Shown: in pieces, positions 1 through 10,680 of the stretch | Numbering within the stretch: the stretch's first letter is position 1 | How the letters are laid out: every line of letters starts with the position of its first letter | Origin: an uncultured Acidobacteriota bacterium | GTDB taxonomy: Bacteria; Acidobacteriota; Blastocatellia; RBC074 | NCBI GenBank assembly: GCA_963796275.1 | Contig: CAWCKY010000001.1 | Span: forward strand, 1,120,001 to 1,184,000 | Reading direction: 5' to 3' | DNA: 64,000 nucleotides | Position numbers and translations under genes: made by a program | The notes under the pieces: model-generated | What the model was told of the DNA's origin: nothing | The model's database searches: none | What the model saw: only the letters and a program-made list of their open reading frames with translations

Positions 1-33
1 ACCGCATCGGCCAGACGGCATCTCGTATATTTA

Positions 34-324
34 ATGGAAATGAATCTGCAGGAACTGAAAAAGTACGCAATTGAACATCGAATCGAGATCAAGTTCGGAA
101 ATCCTCATACTGGCCACGAATGCCTGATCAACAGCAGGGGGCTGGTAAATATTCCGGGCGAAGATAAAGATTTTCGCGTCGAGGATGTGCTGGATGCGGC
201 GGAAAAGTTCGAGATCGTCAGTGGCGCGAGCGCTCAACATCACAATCGAGATGCGATGAGCAAGATTATTGCTGATGCCTCTGCAGGGAAGGCATCAGGA
301 GCGCACGAGGAAGAGGATGACTGA
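34..324 (+). CDS. Hypothetical protein with acidic C-terminus
   Basis: 96-aa ORF, protein-like composition, co-oriented with the downstream radical SAM gene. Confidence 0.7.
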   Translation: MEMNLQELKKYAIEHRIEIKFGNPHTGHECLINSRGLVNIPGEDKDFRVEDVLDAAEKFEIVSGASAQHHNRDAMSKIIADASAGKASGAHEEEDD

Positions 325-325
325 G

Positions 326-414
326 CATTTTACATTGTTCATTTAACATTGTTCATTTGTCATTTAGTAGCTGTTATTGGGTCAAGATAAATGAACAATA
401 AACAATGACAATGC
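326..414. repeat. Inverted heptamer tandem array (CATTGTT-like / AACAATG-like)
   Basis: cattgttcatttaacattgttcatttgtcattt ... aaatgaacaataaacaatgacaatg can form a long stem-loop. Confidence 0.75.
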
Positions 415-444
415 TGCCCTCCCCCGATCAACAAACAACCAACA

Positions 445-1435
445 ATGAAGAAGCTTTCTTTTATAGTCCGCGAAGCAGCATTTATTACCCGCGGACTATT
501 ATCGACCAAGCACCCGATCCTTGCGCACCTCGTCCCGATGCGGCGATGTAACCTGTCGTGCGGGTATTGTAACGAATACGATAAGACATCCGACCCGGTG
601 CCGCTTGAGGTAGTAAAAGGCCGGATCGATAAGCTGGCTGAACTCGGCACCTCGATTGTTACTCTCAGCGGCGGCGAACCGATGCTGCATCCGCAGGTTT
701 TTGAGATATTCGCGCATATTCGATCGCATGGCATGATCGCGGGGCTGATCAGCAACGGGTACTATATGACCAAAGAGCGGATCGAGAAGTTAAACGCCGC
801 CGGTCTCGAATACCTGCAAATCAGCATCGACAACGTCACTCCCGACGAAATATCGCAGAAAAGCCTCAAGGTACTCGAACGTTACCTGGGTTATTTGTCC
901 CAATACGCTAAATTTCACGTAAGTATCAATTCGGTTATTGGCGGCGGCATCAAAAATCCGGAAGACGCGCTGACAGTGGCGCGCCGCGCCGTTGAATTGG
1001 GATTCAGCAGTTCACTAGGCATAATTCACGATCGCACCGGACAGCTCAAGCCGTTGAGTGAAAAAGAGGCGAAGATTTACGAAGAGTTGAAGAGTTTCGG
1101 GAAAAAGAGCTGGACGCGGTTCAATCGTTTTCAGGATGATCTGGCTTATGGCAGGCCGCACGATTGGCGATGCCGTGCCGGAGCCAGGTATCTTTATATC
1201 TGCGAGAATGGGTTGGTTCACTATTGCTCGCAGCAGCGGGGATTTCCCCGGAATACCGCTTGAGAGTTATTCTTTGGAAGATATCAAGCGCGAGTTTTAT
1301 AGCGAAAAGCCTTGCGCGAAGATGTGTACCATCGCATGCGTTCAACAGGTTGCGATGATCGATAACTGGCGCTCGCCTCAGCAACAAGATAACCCTCCTA
1401 GTCAGCTTGATACTGAATCGGCTTATGGGTCGTGA
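445..1435 (+). CDS. Radical SAM protein with C-terminal Cys-containing (SPASM/twitch-like) region, split by a +1 frameshift near 1245
   Basis: CNLSCGYC and SGGEP in 445..1263; the C-terminus (FPGIPL...[10 protein letters not shown]) continues in frame 1136..1435; one extra C in tttccccgga. Confidence 0.85.
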
Positions 1436-1558
1436 GTCTCTTTTCCTGGTATAACCATATCATTTAATTGCCGACTTCGGCTGTCTTGGCGGGTTGATAA
1501 GTATCAGCCTTGAGTTTCATTTTTTCGACTCCCGCCTCAATCCAGATCAAGTTGTGCT

Positions 1559-4500
1559 CTAGTAGTCTTCAGGACTTGTCAGTTCTATTTGCAGAGTGCC
1601 AATACTAGATTCCACTGAGAAAGTCGCTGCATATTCCAGCCCGGAAGACAATATCGCCTGAATATCTGACTGGTCTCGACTTGCAATTTTACCCACTAGT
1701 TCATTATTCACCCAAATGCCGAAGGAAGATAACTCAATATCTTCAATAGGGCGTAGAGAGGCTGCATCCTGCGATAACTTTGTTAATTCTGTTTCTGCTT
1801 CGATAAAAGTTTTTCCACTAGTGAGTAGCTCCACTGCTGGCCCGCCTTTTTGATCACGGCAAAATTCCAGCAACAGTCTAAGCTCGGCAAAAGATGCTGA
1901 AAAGAGTTGTTGCCACTGGGTTAGGCTAAGCTGACGCAACCACGTAAAAACGTCCTGCTGTGCATTTGCTGTAAACCAGCATTTAGCTATTCGCATTGCC
2001 AGGGTTCTCGAAGTCATTCCTTTTAACATAAGTTCTGTCGCTGTAGTGTTATCCACACCCCAACGCACATACGCAGGTAAGATTCCTGGAATAACGCAGA
2101 TAACACCTTCAGCCTCCAAGAATTGATTAGTCCATGCGACTATCGTGCCGAAAACCCAGGGAAAAAATCCCTCAAAATATTGGGATATCAAATCGCCGAG
2201 CTGCTCGAAGCGGTAATCAATATCCTTGATGAGTTGTAGGTGTTTATCGGCAAGTTCTACAATCTCAGCTCCTTGTATCCAATCAATTAGTACATCTTCG
2301 ATAGAGATGGCAATTGCTGTTCGATGCTTGCCCCCTCTTTTCGCATATACCGACCGTTGCGGGGCTTCTGGCAGCATAAGTATTTGGTCCAGACGTCCAT
2401 CTGCTAGGATATATCTTATCAACCTAATGGTATCTTTAGGAAGATCGTCAACTGTGATCGAGTTAGCAAGAGATCGAGAAATGTGCTCAATTTTGCTAGC
2501 CGAGCTTACCGATGTACCGGCGGCTGACCAGCGTCGACGTAGGTTTTCATCTGTTTTCCTATATCGATCAAGGGTTAGTTCTGCGAGTTCAAGCCATTTA
2601 TTTTTATGATCGTCGGTTAGCTGAACCCATGCAAGAGTGTGGCTCAGTACATTGCTAATCCGCTCGATAGTTAAGTGTTCATGGTCAATCTTTTCCAATT
2701 CAGATGCAATGAACCACACAAATGACAGGAAATTTGAGACAGTATTACTCGCGATTTGGAAGAGTGCGTCCTCAGTTGTGCGTTGGATATCTTCGAAATG
2801 GGAAAGCTCGTTTAATGCATGCTCTGTTGCTAGCATGGAGAGTACCTGTGTGTCATCATTTTTCGGATCTAATCGCTCGAAATCTGTTGTATTAGGTCTG
2901 GACTGTAGAGCCAAAACGACAATACCCTCAGTTTCTTTAGTAGCACGTCCAGCTCGCCCAATAATGTTTATCAATTTGGATCCTTTAATATATTCATTGT
3001 ATCCGCTCGCGCTGTATGATCCCTGTGAGGCTATTACAACCGATCTGACAGGAAGATTCACACCTTCTCCCATGGTAGTTGTTGCTACCAAAAATTTTAT
3101 ATGACCATTTACCACTGCTTCTTCTATAGCAACCCTTATTTCGCTTGGGAGAGAACTATGATGATAAGCAACTCCATTCTGGAGAACCTCCCACAGTGGG
3201 TGTTTGGCGCCTAATCTCGCTTCAACTAAATCAAGTATGCCTTTGAGTTGATAGTGGCTTGAAAGTGGCTGAGTCTTTGCTATTGCACGTGCCATTCTGG
3301 CTGCTTGCGGGCGCGTACCCTCGATGATCAGCACAGAACCTGCCTTAGCTAGGTGAATAATGATTGGTAAGAGCGATTTGTAAAATGGAGTGCTGTGATC
3401 ATCTTCCTTTTTTCTATTGCCACTGGTATCAACTATGAGGGCTAGCTGGCCTATTGGTTTAGTTGTTCTAATTGAACTTGTTTCTCCTGTTGCTGATAAT
3501 CTTACGTCTAGCTGTCCAAAGAGGGGATGTATTACTCGAAGCGGATGGGTAGGCGAGCGTCTCTTTATCTCTGTTCTGGTATCCCAATTCACGTTGGTGG
3601 AGTAAATCGTGTGAATCCGCCTAGGTCCCCGCCAATCTGAGGCTCGATGTATAGCGGTATTGCCGCCTTCCTCCAGCCATTTTACAAAGTGAGCCTGGTT
3701 ACCAACTGCAGCCGATATTAAGATTATACGTTGGCTGTTGCCGTTCGTCGCGTAATGAAGGTAGGCGAGATCTTGCTCTAATATCCAGCCACGCTCCGGG
3801 TCATTAATGTTATGAACTTCATCAAAAATGAACAACCCTACCTCGTTTAAAACTCTTGTGCTGTCAGTGCGAAGTAGGTAGGACAGCCGCTCTGGGGTCA
3901 TAACTTCGACTTTCGGGGCAGAGGTCGGGAACTCCCTCAACCAACCTCCTTCTGGCAACCCATCTACTATCTCTTTTCCGAAGAAGCGAAGGCGTGACTC
4001 GAGAGACACTCTTACCTCTCGACATAAACTTCTTGTTGGTGCCACATAGTAAACTGACGTTCGATTTTTAACTAAATGCGACGCGATAATTAGTTGTGCC
4101 AATAGTGTCTTGCCGCTGCTGGTGGGCGTTGATAGGAAAAGCCGCTTCACTTCCGAGGAAAGTGGAGATGGATCATTGGGTCCACTAGGCTTAAGCAACT
4201 CAATCTGTGGCGGCCAGAATGTCAAGACTTTTGGGCGGCCCATTACAAAGGCCTTTGTCAAATTGATTGGAGTATCAGGTGGAAGCAGCGTCCAGATAGA
4301 GCTTTTGTCCAGGTCGCTCGATAAATCAAGTAAATGAGCTGCTATCCAACGTGAGATTTGATCATCTGTCGATGGCTCTGCGATAATGGCCTTCTGCAAT
4401 GTATGTCGCGCCTTTTCGAGAGCCCCTCGATTACCATATACCAAAAATGTCATCAGGTCTTTTGTTCCTAGTGCGACACCTGCTGCCGCGCCGTATGGCG

Positions 4501-5050
4501 TAGAGAAGATATCGTCAATATCCCAATCGATTATCGCCTGCCTTATTTCTGCTTGTATGTTTTTGACCGTTTTATAAATATAGCTGACATCAAAACCTAA
4601 AAATGCCACCCCGAAGTAGAGAGAAATGTTTGTGAATTCCGAAAACAGAGAAACTGGAGTTAGATTTGAGCCGACCTCCTGATTGTATACGGCTATTGCA
4701 TTGGGATTAAGCTCACTGCGTAAATAAGCTATTTGTGAACCAAAGCAAAACTTAAGCTTATCTGTTTGATTTAGCTCTGGAATTTTTGTCGCAAGATCAA
4801 ATATGTGGCCCGCAATTCTGAATGCCGCCCGTTGTCTATTGAGCCCATATATGCGTAGGGCATATTTAGATGATGCGATAGCATGCAGATACCACGCCGT
4901 TTCGATGAGAGTAGCATCAACTTGCGGCTTGCTGAGAAGCATCGAAAGCTCGGCTTGGGCAATCAAGCCTGTTACCTCTTCAGCAGATGGAAGAACGTCG
5001 TGCTTACCGAGGGCGAGTCGGAGAATATCAGGATTCAAAGCCCTTTCCAT
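1559..5050 (-). CDS. Ski2-like SF2 DEAD/DEAH helicase, Hachiman HamB-like
   Basis: Walker A TPTSSGKT, APTRSL, TPER, DEVH, YHHSSL, ATTTMGEGVNLP, GRAGR; long helical N-terminus; AT-richer than the flanks. Confidence 0.85.
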   Translation of the reverse strand: MERALNPDILRLALGKHDVLPSAEEVTGLIAQAELSMLLSKPQVDATLIETAWYLHAIASSKYALRIYGLNRQRAAFRIAGHIFDLATKIPELNQTDKLKFCFGSQIAYLRSELNPNAIAVYNQEVGSNLTPVSLFSEFTNISLYFGVAFLGFDVSYIYKTVKNIQAEIRQAIIDWDIDDIFSTPYGAAAGVALGTKDLMTFLVYGNRGALEKARHTLQKAIIAEPSTDDQISRWIAAHLLDLSSDLDKSSIWTLLPPDTPINLTKAFVMGRPKVLTFWPPQIELLKPSGPNDPSPLSSEVKRLFLSTPTSSGKTLLAQLIIASHLVKNRTSVYYVAPTRSLCREVRVSLESRLRFFGKEIVDGLPEGGWLREFPTSAPKVEVMTPERLSYLLRTDSTRVLNEVGLFIFDEVHNINDPERGWILEQDLAYLHYATNGNSQRIILISAAVGNQAHFVKWLEEGGNTAIHRASDWRGPRRIHTIYSTNVNWDTRTEIKRRSPTHPLRVIHPLFGQLDVRLSATGETSSIRTTKPIGQLALIVDTSGNRKKEDDHSTPFYKSLLPIIIHLAKAGSVLIIEGTRPQAARMARAIAKTQPLSSHYQLKGILDLVEARLGAKHPLWEVLQNGVAYHHSSLPSEIRVAIEEAVVNGHIKFLVATTTMGEGVNLPVRSVVIASQGSYSASGYNEYIKGSKLINIIGRAGRATKETEGIVVLALQSRPNTTDFERLDPKNDDTQVLSMLATEHALNELSHFEDIQRTTEDALFQIASNTVSNFLSFVWFIASELEKIDHEHLTIERISNVLSHTLAWVQLTDDHKNKWLELAELTLDRYRKTDENLRRRWSAAGTSVSSASKIEHISRSLANSITVDDLPKDTIRLIRYILADGRLDQILMLPEAPQRSVYAKRGGKHRTAIAISIEDVLIDWIQGAEIVELADKHLQLIKDIDYRFEQLGDLISQYFEGFFPWVFGTIVAWTNQFLEAEGVICVIPGILPAYVRWGVDNTTATELMLKGMTSRTLAMRIAKCWFTANAQQDVFTWLRQLSLTQWQQLFSASFAELRLLLEFCRDQKGGPAVELLTSGKTFIEAETELTKLSQDAASLRPIEDIELSSFGIWVNNELVGKIASRDQSDIQAILSSGLEYAATFSVESSIGTLQIELTSPEDY

Positions 5051-5853
5051 ATTGCTTGTTGCACCTTTTCAGAAAACAACGGAAAATCGTCAATGGCAGT
5101 CAACATCCCTCTAAGTCTATTAGGTGTCGTGAAGCGCGGGAATTGAGTTCCAAATGTTGTGAAACAATTTGATGGAATGTTTGTTGAGTTAGTTGCGACA
5201 GCGACCCCAACCGAAGCTTCGGGACTTGCATCGATCCATAAATCAATTAGTTTGCCATAAAACTCTGCTAGTTCTGTATCTTGTAATTCTTGACCAATAG
5301 CTGTATACCTTGCTAAATATTCGGTTGCCCTTGTTTTTAATTGCTTATAGGCAGTGTTGACAGTATTGCTCACAGGTGATTGCCCCGTGGATTTCTTGAT
5401 TTCCCATAATCGAAACATCAAATCGCCATCTGGTACCTGATGAATCGCCATTCCGTCACCGCCATGATCCGTGGCCGCGAATCCGGATCGCTCAATTCTC
5501 CTTATTGGTTCAACTGATGACTCCAGGACAAGAAAGTACCAAAGATATTGAGATACTGCACCTTGGAGATGATCTGAACTAAGGGCTTGAGTCGGGAGAC
5601 CGAAGATTGGCTTTATAAATCCTTTGCTGAGTGCTTCGTAGGAGGTAGGCGGCAATTGTGTCCCACTTAAGAAGCGGTGTTTCCATGCCTCATAATGATG
5701 CGGACACTGAATGCAACGATCCTTCATTATCTTGTCTGCCAGACACACTGCCAAAGAATAAATTGGAGTCAGAATAGGATCATGACGTATGAGTGTCCAG
5801 GCGTGTGTTTGCTCGGCAGTCTCAATTTGCCGAAAAAAGTTACTCAGCTTCAT
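5035..5853 (-). CDS. Putative PD-(D/E)XK nuclease, Hachiman HamA (DUF1837)-like
   Basis: DHGGDG...WEIKK motif; 272 aa; its 3' end overlaps the helicase start. Confidence 0.65.
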   Translation of the reverse strand: MKLSNFFRQIETAEQTHAWTLIRHDPILTPIYSLAVCLADKIMKDRCIQCPHHYEAWKHRFLSGTQLPPTSYEALSKGFIKPIFGLPTQALSSDHLQGAVSQYLWYFLVLESSVEPIRRIERSGFAATDHGGDGMAIHQVPDGDLMFRLWEIKKSTGQSPVSNTVNTAYKQLKTRATEYLARYTAIGQELQDTELAEFYGKLIDLWIDASPEASVGVAVATNSTNIPSNCFTTFGTQFPRFTTPNRLRGMLTAIDDFPLFSEKVQQAIWKGL

Positions 5854-6409
5854 CGGTTCTTTTCAGTGTAGGGTTTGTGCTTTTGCTTGTGTCAATGGCG
5901 ACGTAAAGCTGAATCGCTCGCGCTCTTTGTTAAACAGAAATTCAATCCCTATCCATACCAAGCCCAGTTTCCGTTTTGTACGCATTATCGAGTGTGTGGG
6001 ATGGCAAATCCCCCTTGAGTTACGACGAGATATTCCTATCAAGGGTAGCCGTAGTATAAAACTACTCTTATCGTTTCGCAACAGGACTCGCAGGTGTGAA
6101 TGGAATCTGCCAGCAGAAGTTTGCGCGTATTTTTGCCAACCATGAGTTGCGACGATTTAGATAGGGAAGTAGGACAAATAGAATTGCGGGAGAGTACATC
6201 TTAAGCAGATTGCCGGGTTCATTCATGAGACTGCGACGAAATAGCCAGGCGAAGTTCAAGCATAGCTGTCAGCCCAGTTTAAGGTGGAGAGCCATCCGAA
6301 CCGACTGGCGAAATTAAGCTTGAGTCTCTCGTTAGAGATGCCCCCGGGCGGCAGGCCAAAGCAGCCGCCCAGAGAAAAGAAAGAGACGCTGTTGATATTA
6401 CCGGAGCGT

Positions 6410-6600
6410 TGGGAAGGCGTTAGCCTATTGTCGACGCAGACGCAAAACAGGCTAAAATCTATCCGTACATCAAGCCGATAGACAACAGCTTCGTTTCTGA
6501 GGAGAAGAATGAACCGAGATTTCCTTTACCTCGACCCTGCCCAAATAAATAGCAGTTCGATAATGTCCTCGCGCACGAACTTCATCATATCGGTAAAAGA
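6410..6600 (+). pseudogene. Decayed fragment of an HExxH Zn-protease gene (DUF5700-like)
   Basis: AKIYPYIKPIDNSFV (from 6451), FLYLDP (from 6521, other frame), stop, then QFDNVLAHELHHIG (from 6553). Confidence 0.5.
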
Positions 6601-6605
6601 GATAA

Positions 6606-7635
6606 TCAGGGCCGCAATTCTTTGATCACCTTATCCACGAATTCTCGATCTTCGGTAATCTTTTTGTATGCCGGTCGCGTCAAAAATGCCTCCCATGCCT
6701 TCTGGAAATCGGGAGCCAGTTGCTTGGCTCTCCGGAAAGACTCCAGCGCTTTCTCGCGCTCTCCGGCCAGGTAGGCGATGAATCCCACGTTCAAGTGATC
6801 ATCCGGATTGTTCGGCGCGTAATAGGCGGCTTTCTCCGCTGCCGCTAGCGCTTCCTTATCTTTATTGTCACTGAGTAACTGCCCAACCCGCCCGGCGTGG
6901 TTAATTCTGAGCTGGATGTTGAGCAGTCGCCGCAACTCCGCCATCGGCTCGGGGTGATCATCCACGTTGATGAACGCCACGCGATCATTGTTGAGATTAC
7001 GGCCGCCTCCCTTCCCCACCACGAGAATGGAAGCCGATTGCCGGCCGCGACGATCGCCGCCCGCGTCGTCACCCGCCTTTAAGGCCGCATAGAGTCGCTC
7101 GGAAAGTTCGCCGCGCGTGTTCTCGAACGCGCGGGCCATCGCCTCCACTAACATGCTCACCGACCAGGATATTACCCTGGACCGAGTAGGTGGCGCCTTT
7201 CTTGTGGCCTTTCCAGTCCTGGGCCGCCGTCCCCGTGAAGACTGCGACATTGCCCTTCGCATCGACGATAGCAATCTGGCGGCCGTCTTTGCCCCGGAAA
7301 GAATCTTCAGCCATGAGACGATCCAGCACTTGCTGGGCGGTCAGTCCTTGCTTCAGTAGTTCAAGCGCGCGCAATCCGTAGCCCACATTGACATTGGCTT
7401 GCGTCGCCACGGCGCCCACGTCGGCTTCAGCCCAAGGCACCACCGCGCCTACGGCGAAGTAGCGCGATGCCACTGCAATGCCCAGCTCTCCGGTAGCCGG
7501 ATCGATGCCAACAATGGAAAAGGTCGCATAGGCAGAAGTCGAGAGCAGCAATGGCCAAATCAGCAGAATGACGAATGAGAGCCAATAATGACGGCTATTC
7601 TTATGATTCAGGTCTATCTTCTTTGTCTTTTTCAT
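6606..7635 (-). CDS. Secreted DUF1028 (Ntn-hydrolase-like) protein with C-terminal TPR, split by a +1 frameshift near 7150
   Basis: Signal peptide then TFSIVG..., GAVATQA, QGNIL; the other frame gives GGDRRGRQSA and TPR-like helices. Confidence 0.85.
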
Positions 7636-7666
7636 GTTCTTACTTGTCTCCCGAATGTCGCCCAAG

Positions 7667-10468
7667 TTAGAAGTTGATCTTCAAGCCAAACCGCACCAGG
7701 CGCGGGTTCAATATCCTGCTCGGACGCTGGTAGGCGGGGCCGAAGGCAGTCACCATACTCGTGACCGCGTTGCCGTTCCCGAGGTTGAAGATATCTACCA
7801 GCGGCTCGATGCGCAGCGACTCGCCATATTTGAATATCTTGCCGAAGCGCAGGTCGACTATGTCAACGCTATCGAATCGCAAATCGCCGCGTGGCAACAG
7901 CGCCACGGTCACCGTGTTCTGGTTGAGCGGCGTCGTCGGGCTGTTGCCAAAGACGTTGGTCGGCTGCACTGGCTGCCCGGTGAAGTGGCGGTAGTTGAGG
8001 CTGGTCGTGATCCCATACGGAAACTCGTAGGTGCCGGCCAGTTTTGTCACGTAGGTTGCGTCCAGGTCCAGATAATTATCGGCGCGGTTGATGTCCAGGT
8101 TCGGATTGTTGAAATCGTCGCCCAGACCGCGATCAAAAAGCCCCTTGTTGCGCTGGATGGTCAGCCCGGCCAAAAGCTGCCAGCGGGCACTCATCCGCTT
8201 GACGGCCGTGAACTCCACGCCGTGATAGGCATTGTCGTCCAACTCCTCAATATTCGTATAGAGGAAATCGGCGCGCCCCACGGTCCCCGCGCTCTGGTTG
8301 AAGATCGTCAATGGCTGATTGGTCAACGGATTGGTCGTTTGCACCGGCGCATACTGATCCCGCGGGACAGCCATATTGCGGCGGCTGATCAGTTGCTTAT
8401 GTGTCCTGTAGAAGTAATGCACTCCGATCCGCAGATCGCGATAAATCTGCTGCTCGTAACTGATACCGACTTGATCGGAGTAGGGGCGCTGCAAATCGGG
8501 ATCGATGCGCGAGACAATACCACCGAAGCGTCCCGTCACCGCGCCGAATTCCCCCGGCTGTGGGATCCGATCTCCGTTGGGATCGGTCCAGACGCGGCTC
8601 TCACCACCGAGGTTATTTGGGTTGACTGCTTCCGCCAGACGCGACCCTTCCACCAGGTAGAAGCGGCTGAAACTCCCTCGCAGCACACCCCGGCCTTTGC
8701 CGAAGAGATCGATGGCCGCCCCGAGGCGCGGTGAGACGTCGTTCCACGCGATCAGATCCGCCGTCCGTTGAAATGAGCGTTCCGGGAAATAGATTCCCGC
8801 CGGACTCTGCTGTTCCGGATTGAAGCTGACGAAGCGGTCGTAGCGCAGGCCGGCGTTGATCGTGACCCGGCCGAGCGTCCAGGCATCCTGGAGGAAGACG
8901 GCGCTTTGATGCGCGATACTGTTGGCGCGCACTGGCGCGTTGAGCAGGTCGACGCGGAGCGGAACGTTGTTGTTGAAGAAGACGTTAATCGCACCATTGG
9001 CATCGAACCAGTTGCCGTTTCGGAAGGTCCCCCACTCGAAACCGGCGCGGAAATTGTGCGTCCCGGATTTAGAGGCGCCGGCGAAGTAGGAAGCGGTCGA
9101 AGCAACTTGCCAATGCTGCGCCGGATTCAAGAAACTGTTTTGCGCCGCCCCGGTCAATGTCGAGAGCGTCACATCCGCGATCGAGAGATCGCCAGGCTTG
9201 ACGGTCGGCTGGTAGCTGAGTGGGAAGAGCAGATGCATATAGCCGATACGCGAATCGACCGAGAGCTTCGACGTAGGGAACGTCACCCACTGTCCGGTCA
9301 GGATGTAGGCTGGCTCGATCTGCAGCGCGGCGGCCTGATCATCTACAAACTCGAAGGCAGCGCTGCGCCGGAAGAAGCGGTTCTGACCGTTGTAGAGCCA
9401 ATTGAAGTTCAGCTTGTTCTTGGGTGTGAGCGCATAATCCAGCCGCAGGGTGGTATCGGTCTGATGGTTTATGTCGGCGACGTTGCCGCCCGTGCGCCGG
9501 CGCACGCTGAGCACGCTTTCGTTTATGTCATAGCGCCGGTAAGAGCCGAACCACCAGAAGCGATCCTTAATGAACGGGCCGCCCGCGTTAATAGTCGTGT
9601 CGCGCAGCATGTTGATCGGCAAACCGACGAGGATGCCCTGGCCGCGCAGATCACCGGGAATGTTATCGCTATTGAGCGCGCGCGTGGTGTAATAGCCGGC
9701 TGCGCTGCCGTGAATCCGGTTGCCACCAGAGCGTATGACATTGTTCATGTAGGTTCCGCCAACCCCGACCTCGGCCGGAGCATGATCGGAGACGACTTGA
9801 AACTCCCCTAGTGAATCGTGATCGAAATAGAAGGCCGTGAAGCCACCGCTGCCACCGGGCCAGTTCATATTCAGGCCGTTGACCGCATAGACGTGCTGTC
9901 CGGACCGACTGCCGTGAATAGACATACTGGCCTGTTGATAGCTCTCTGATCCGCCTACGTCGTAGGTTGTCAGTGTCGCTCCCGGCGCCTGGGCGACGGT
10001 CGACCAGGTGTCGCGACCGCTCGGGATATCCTGCAACATCGAAAGATCGAAGCTGGTGGCGTTCGAAACCCCTTTCACATCTACCACTGGGGGAGCGCCC
10101 GAGACGGTGACCGTGGTTTCCAGCGCGCCTACTTCCAGCGTGATGTTGACCGTCGCTGTGAAGCCCGCATTGACCACTATCCCTTTGTGCAAAGCGGTCT
10201 TGAAGCCATTCATACTGACTGTCAAGTCGTAGGCGCCCGGGGGGAGGGCCTCGAACAGGTAGGCACCGTTTTCAAGCGTCCCGGCCTCGCGCTTACCCAT
10301 GAGCGTGGCACCCTCGACCATCACCGTCGCACCGGGGATTGCCGCTCCGCCGGCGTCAGTAATCGCACCGGTGATCTTTCCGTGGACAGCGACCTGCGCG
10401 CAAATAGTGGTGGCGCCGTACAGCAGGCCCGCGCAGACTAATAGAATCTGACAGGGACGTGATTTCAT
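7667..10468 (-). CDS. TonB-dependent receptor (Oar-like, N-terminal carboxypeptidase regulatory-like domain)
   Basis: Signal peptide, GAAIPGATV, QDAW, GLRYD, SPRLG, C-terminal FGLKINF. Confidence 0.92.
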   Translation of the reverse strand: MKSRPCQILLVCAGLLYGATTICAQVAVHGKITGAITDAGGAAIPGATVMVEGATLMGKREAGTLENGAYLFEALPPGAYDLTVSMNGFKTALHKGIVVNAGFTATVNITLEVGALETTVTVSGAPPVVDVKGVSNATSFDLSMLQDIPSGRDTWSTVAQAPGATLTTYDVGGSESYQQASMSIHGSRSGQHVYAVNGLNMNWPGGSGGFTAFYFDHDSLGEFQVVSDHAPAEVGVGGTYMNNVIRSGGNRIHGSAAGYYTTRALNSDNIPGDLRGQGILVGLPINMLRDTTINAGGPFIKDRFWWFGSYRRYDINESVLSVRRRTGGNVADINHQTDTTLRLDYALTPKNKLNFNWLYNGQNRFFRRSAAFEFVDDQAAALQIEPAYILTGQWVTFPTSKLSVDSRIGYMHLLFPLSYQPTVKPGDLSIADVTLSTLTGAAQNSFLNPAQHWQVASTASYFAGASKSGTHNFRAGFEWGTFRNGNWFDANGAINVFFNNNVPLRVDLLNAPVRANSIAHQSAVFLQDAWTLGRVTINAGLRYDRFVSFNPEQQSPAGIYFPERSFQRTADLIAWNDVSPRLGAAIDLFGKGRGVLRGSFSRFYLVEGSRLAEAVNPNNLGGESRVWTDPNGDRIPQPGEFGAVTGRFGGIVSRIDPDLQRPYSDQVGISYEQQIYRDLRIGVHYFYRTHKQLISRRNMAVPRDQYAPVQTTNPLTNQPLTIFNQSAGTVGRADFLYTNIEELDDNAYHGVEFTAVKRMSARWQLLAGLTIQRNKGLFDRGLGDDFNNPNLDINRADNYLDLDATYVTKLAGTYEFPYGITTSLNYRHFTGQPVQPTNVFGNSPTTPLNQNTVTVALLPRGDLRFDSVDIVDLRFGKIFKYGESLRIEPLVDIFNLGNGNAVTSMVTAFGPAYQRPSRILNPRLVRFGLKINF

Positions 10469-10680
10469 GATCCCCTCCTCGAAATGAATTTTGGAAATTA
10501 CTCGCGCGCTAACGGATTTCGTGATTGCGAAAGATATTAAAACAAAGGGTGCTTAGCAGTTATGATCTTATAAATGCGTATGTGCGGTCTAATGGTCGGT
10601 ATATATACCATCATGGCTGGATGAATGGAAGGGTGATCTCAACGCAGTGCTGTAGGGGGAGCGTGGTTGATCCAAAAACT

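Noticed and set aside
1240-1252. Programmed frameshift in the radical SAM gene
   Set aside because: Needs +1, no stimulatory element seen, and two similar single-base insertions elsewhere point to sequencing error
5863-6259. Short minus-strand ORFs as a third (HamC-like) defence gene
   Set aside because: No recognisable motif or SD; the region looks like promoter or binding-site DNA
1433-6329. 9-bp direct repeat tgagtctct (1433-1441 and 6321-6329) bracketing the defence island
   Set aside because: Short enough to arise by chance in the region searched; no integrase or terminal inverted repeats support it
7634-9811. Long plus-strand ORFs (366 and 301 aa) and similar antisense ORFs elsewhere
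   Set aside because: Shadow frames of GC-rich genuine genes on the opposite strand
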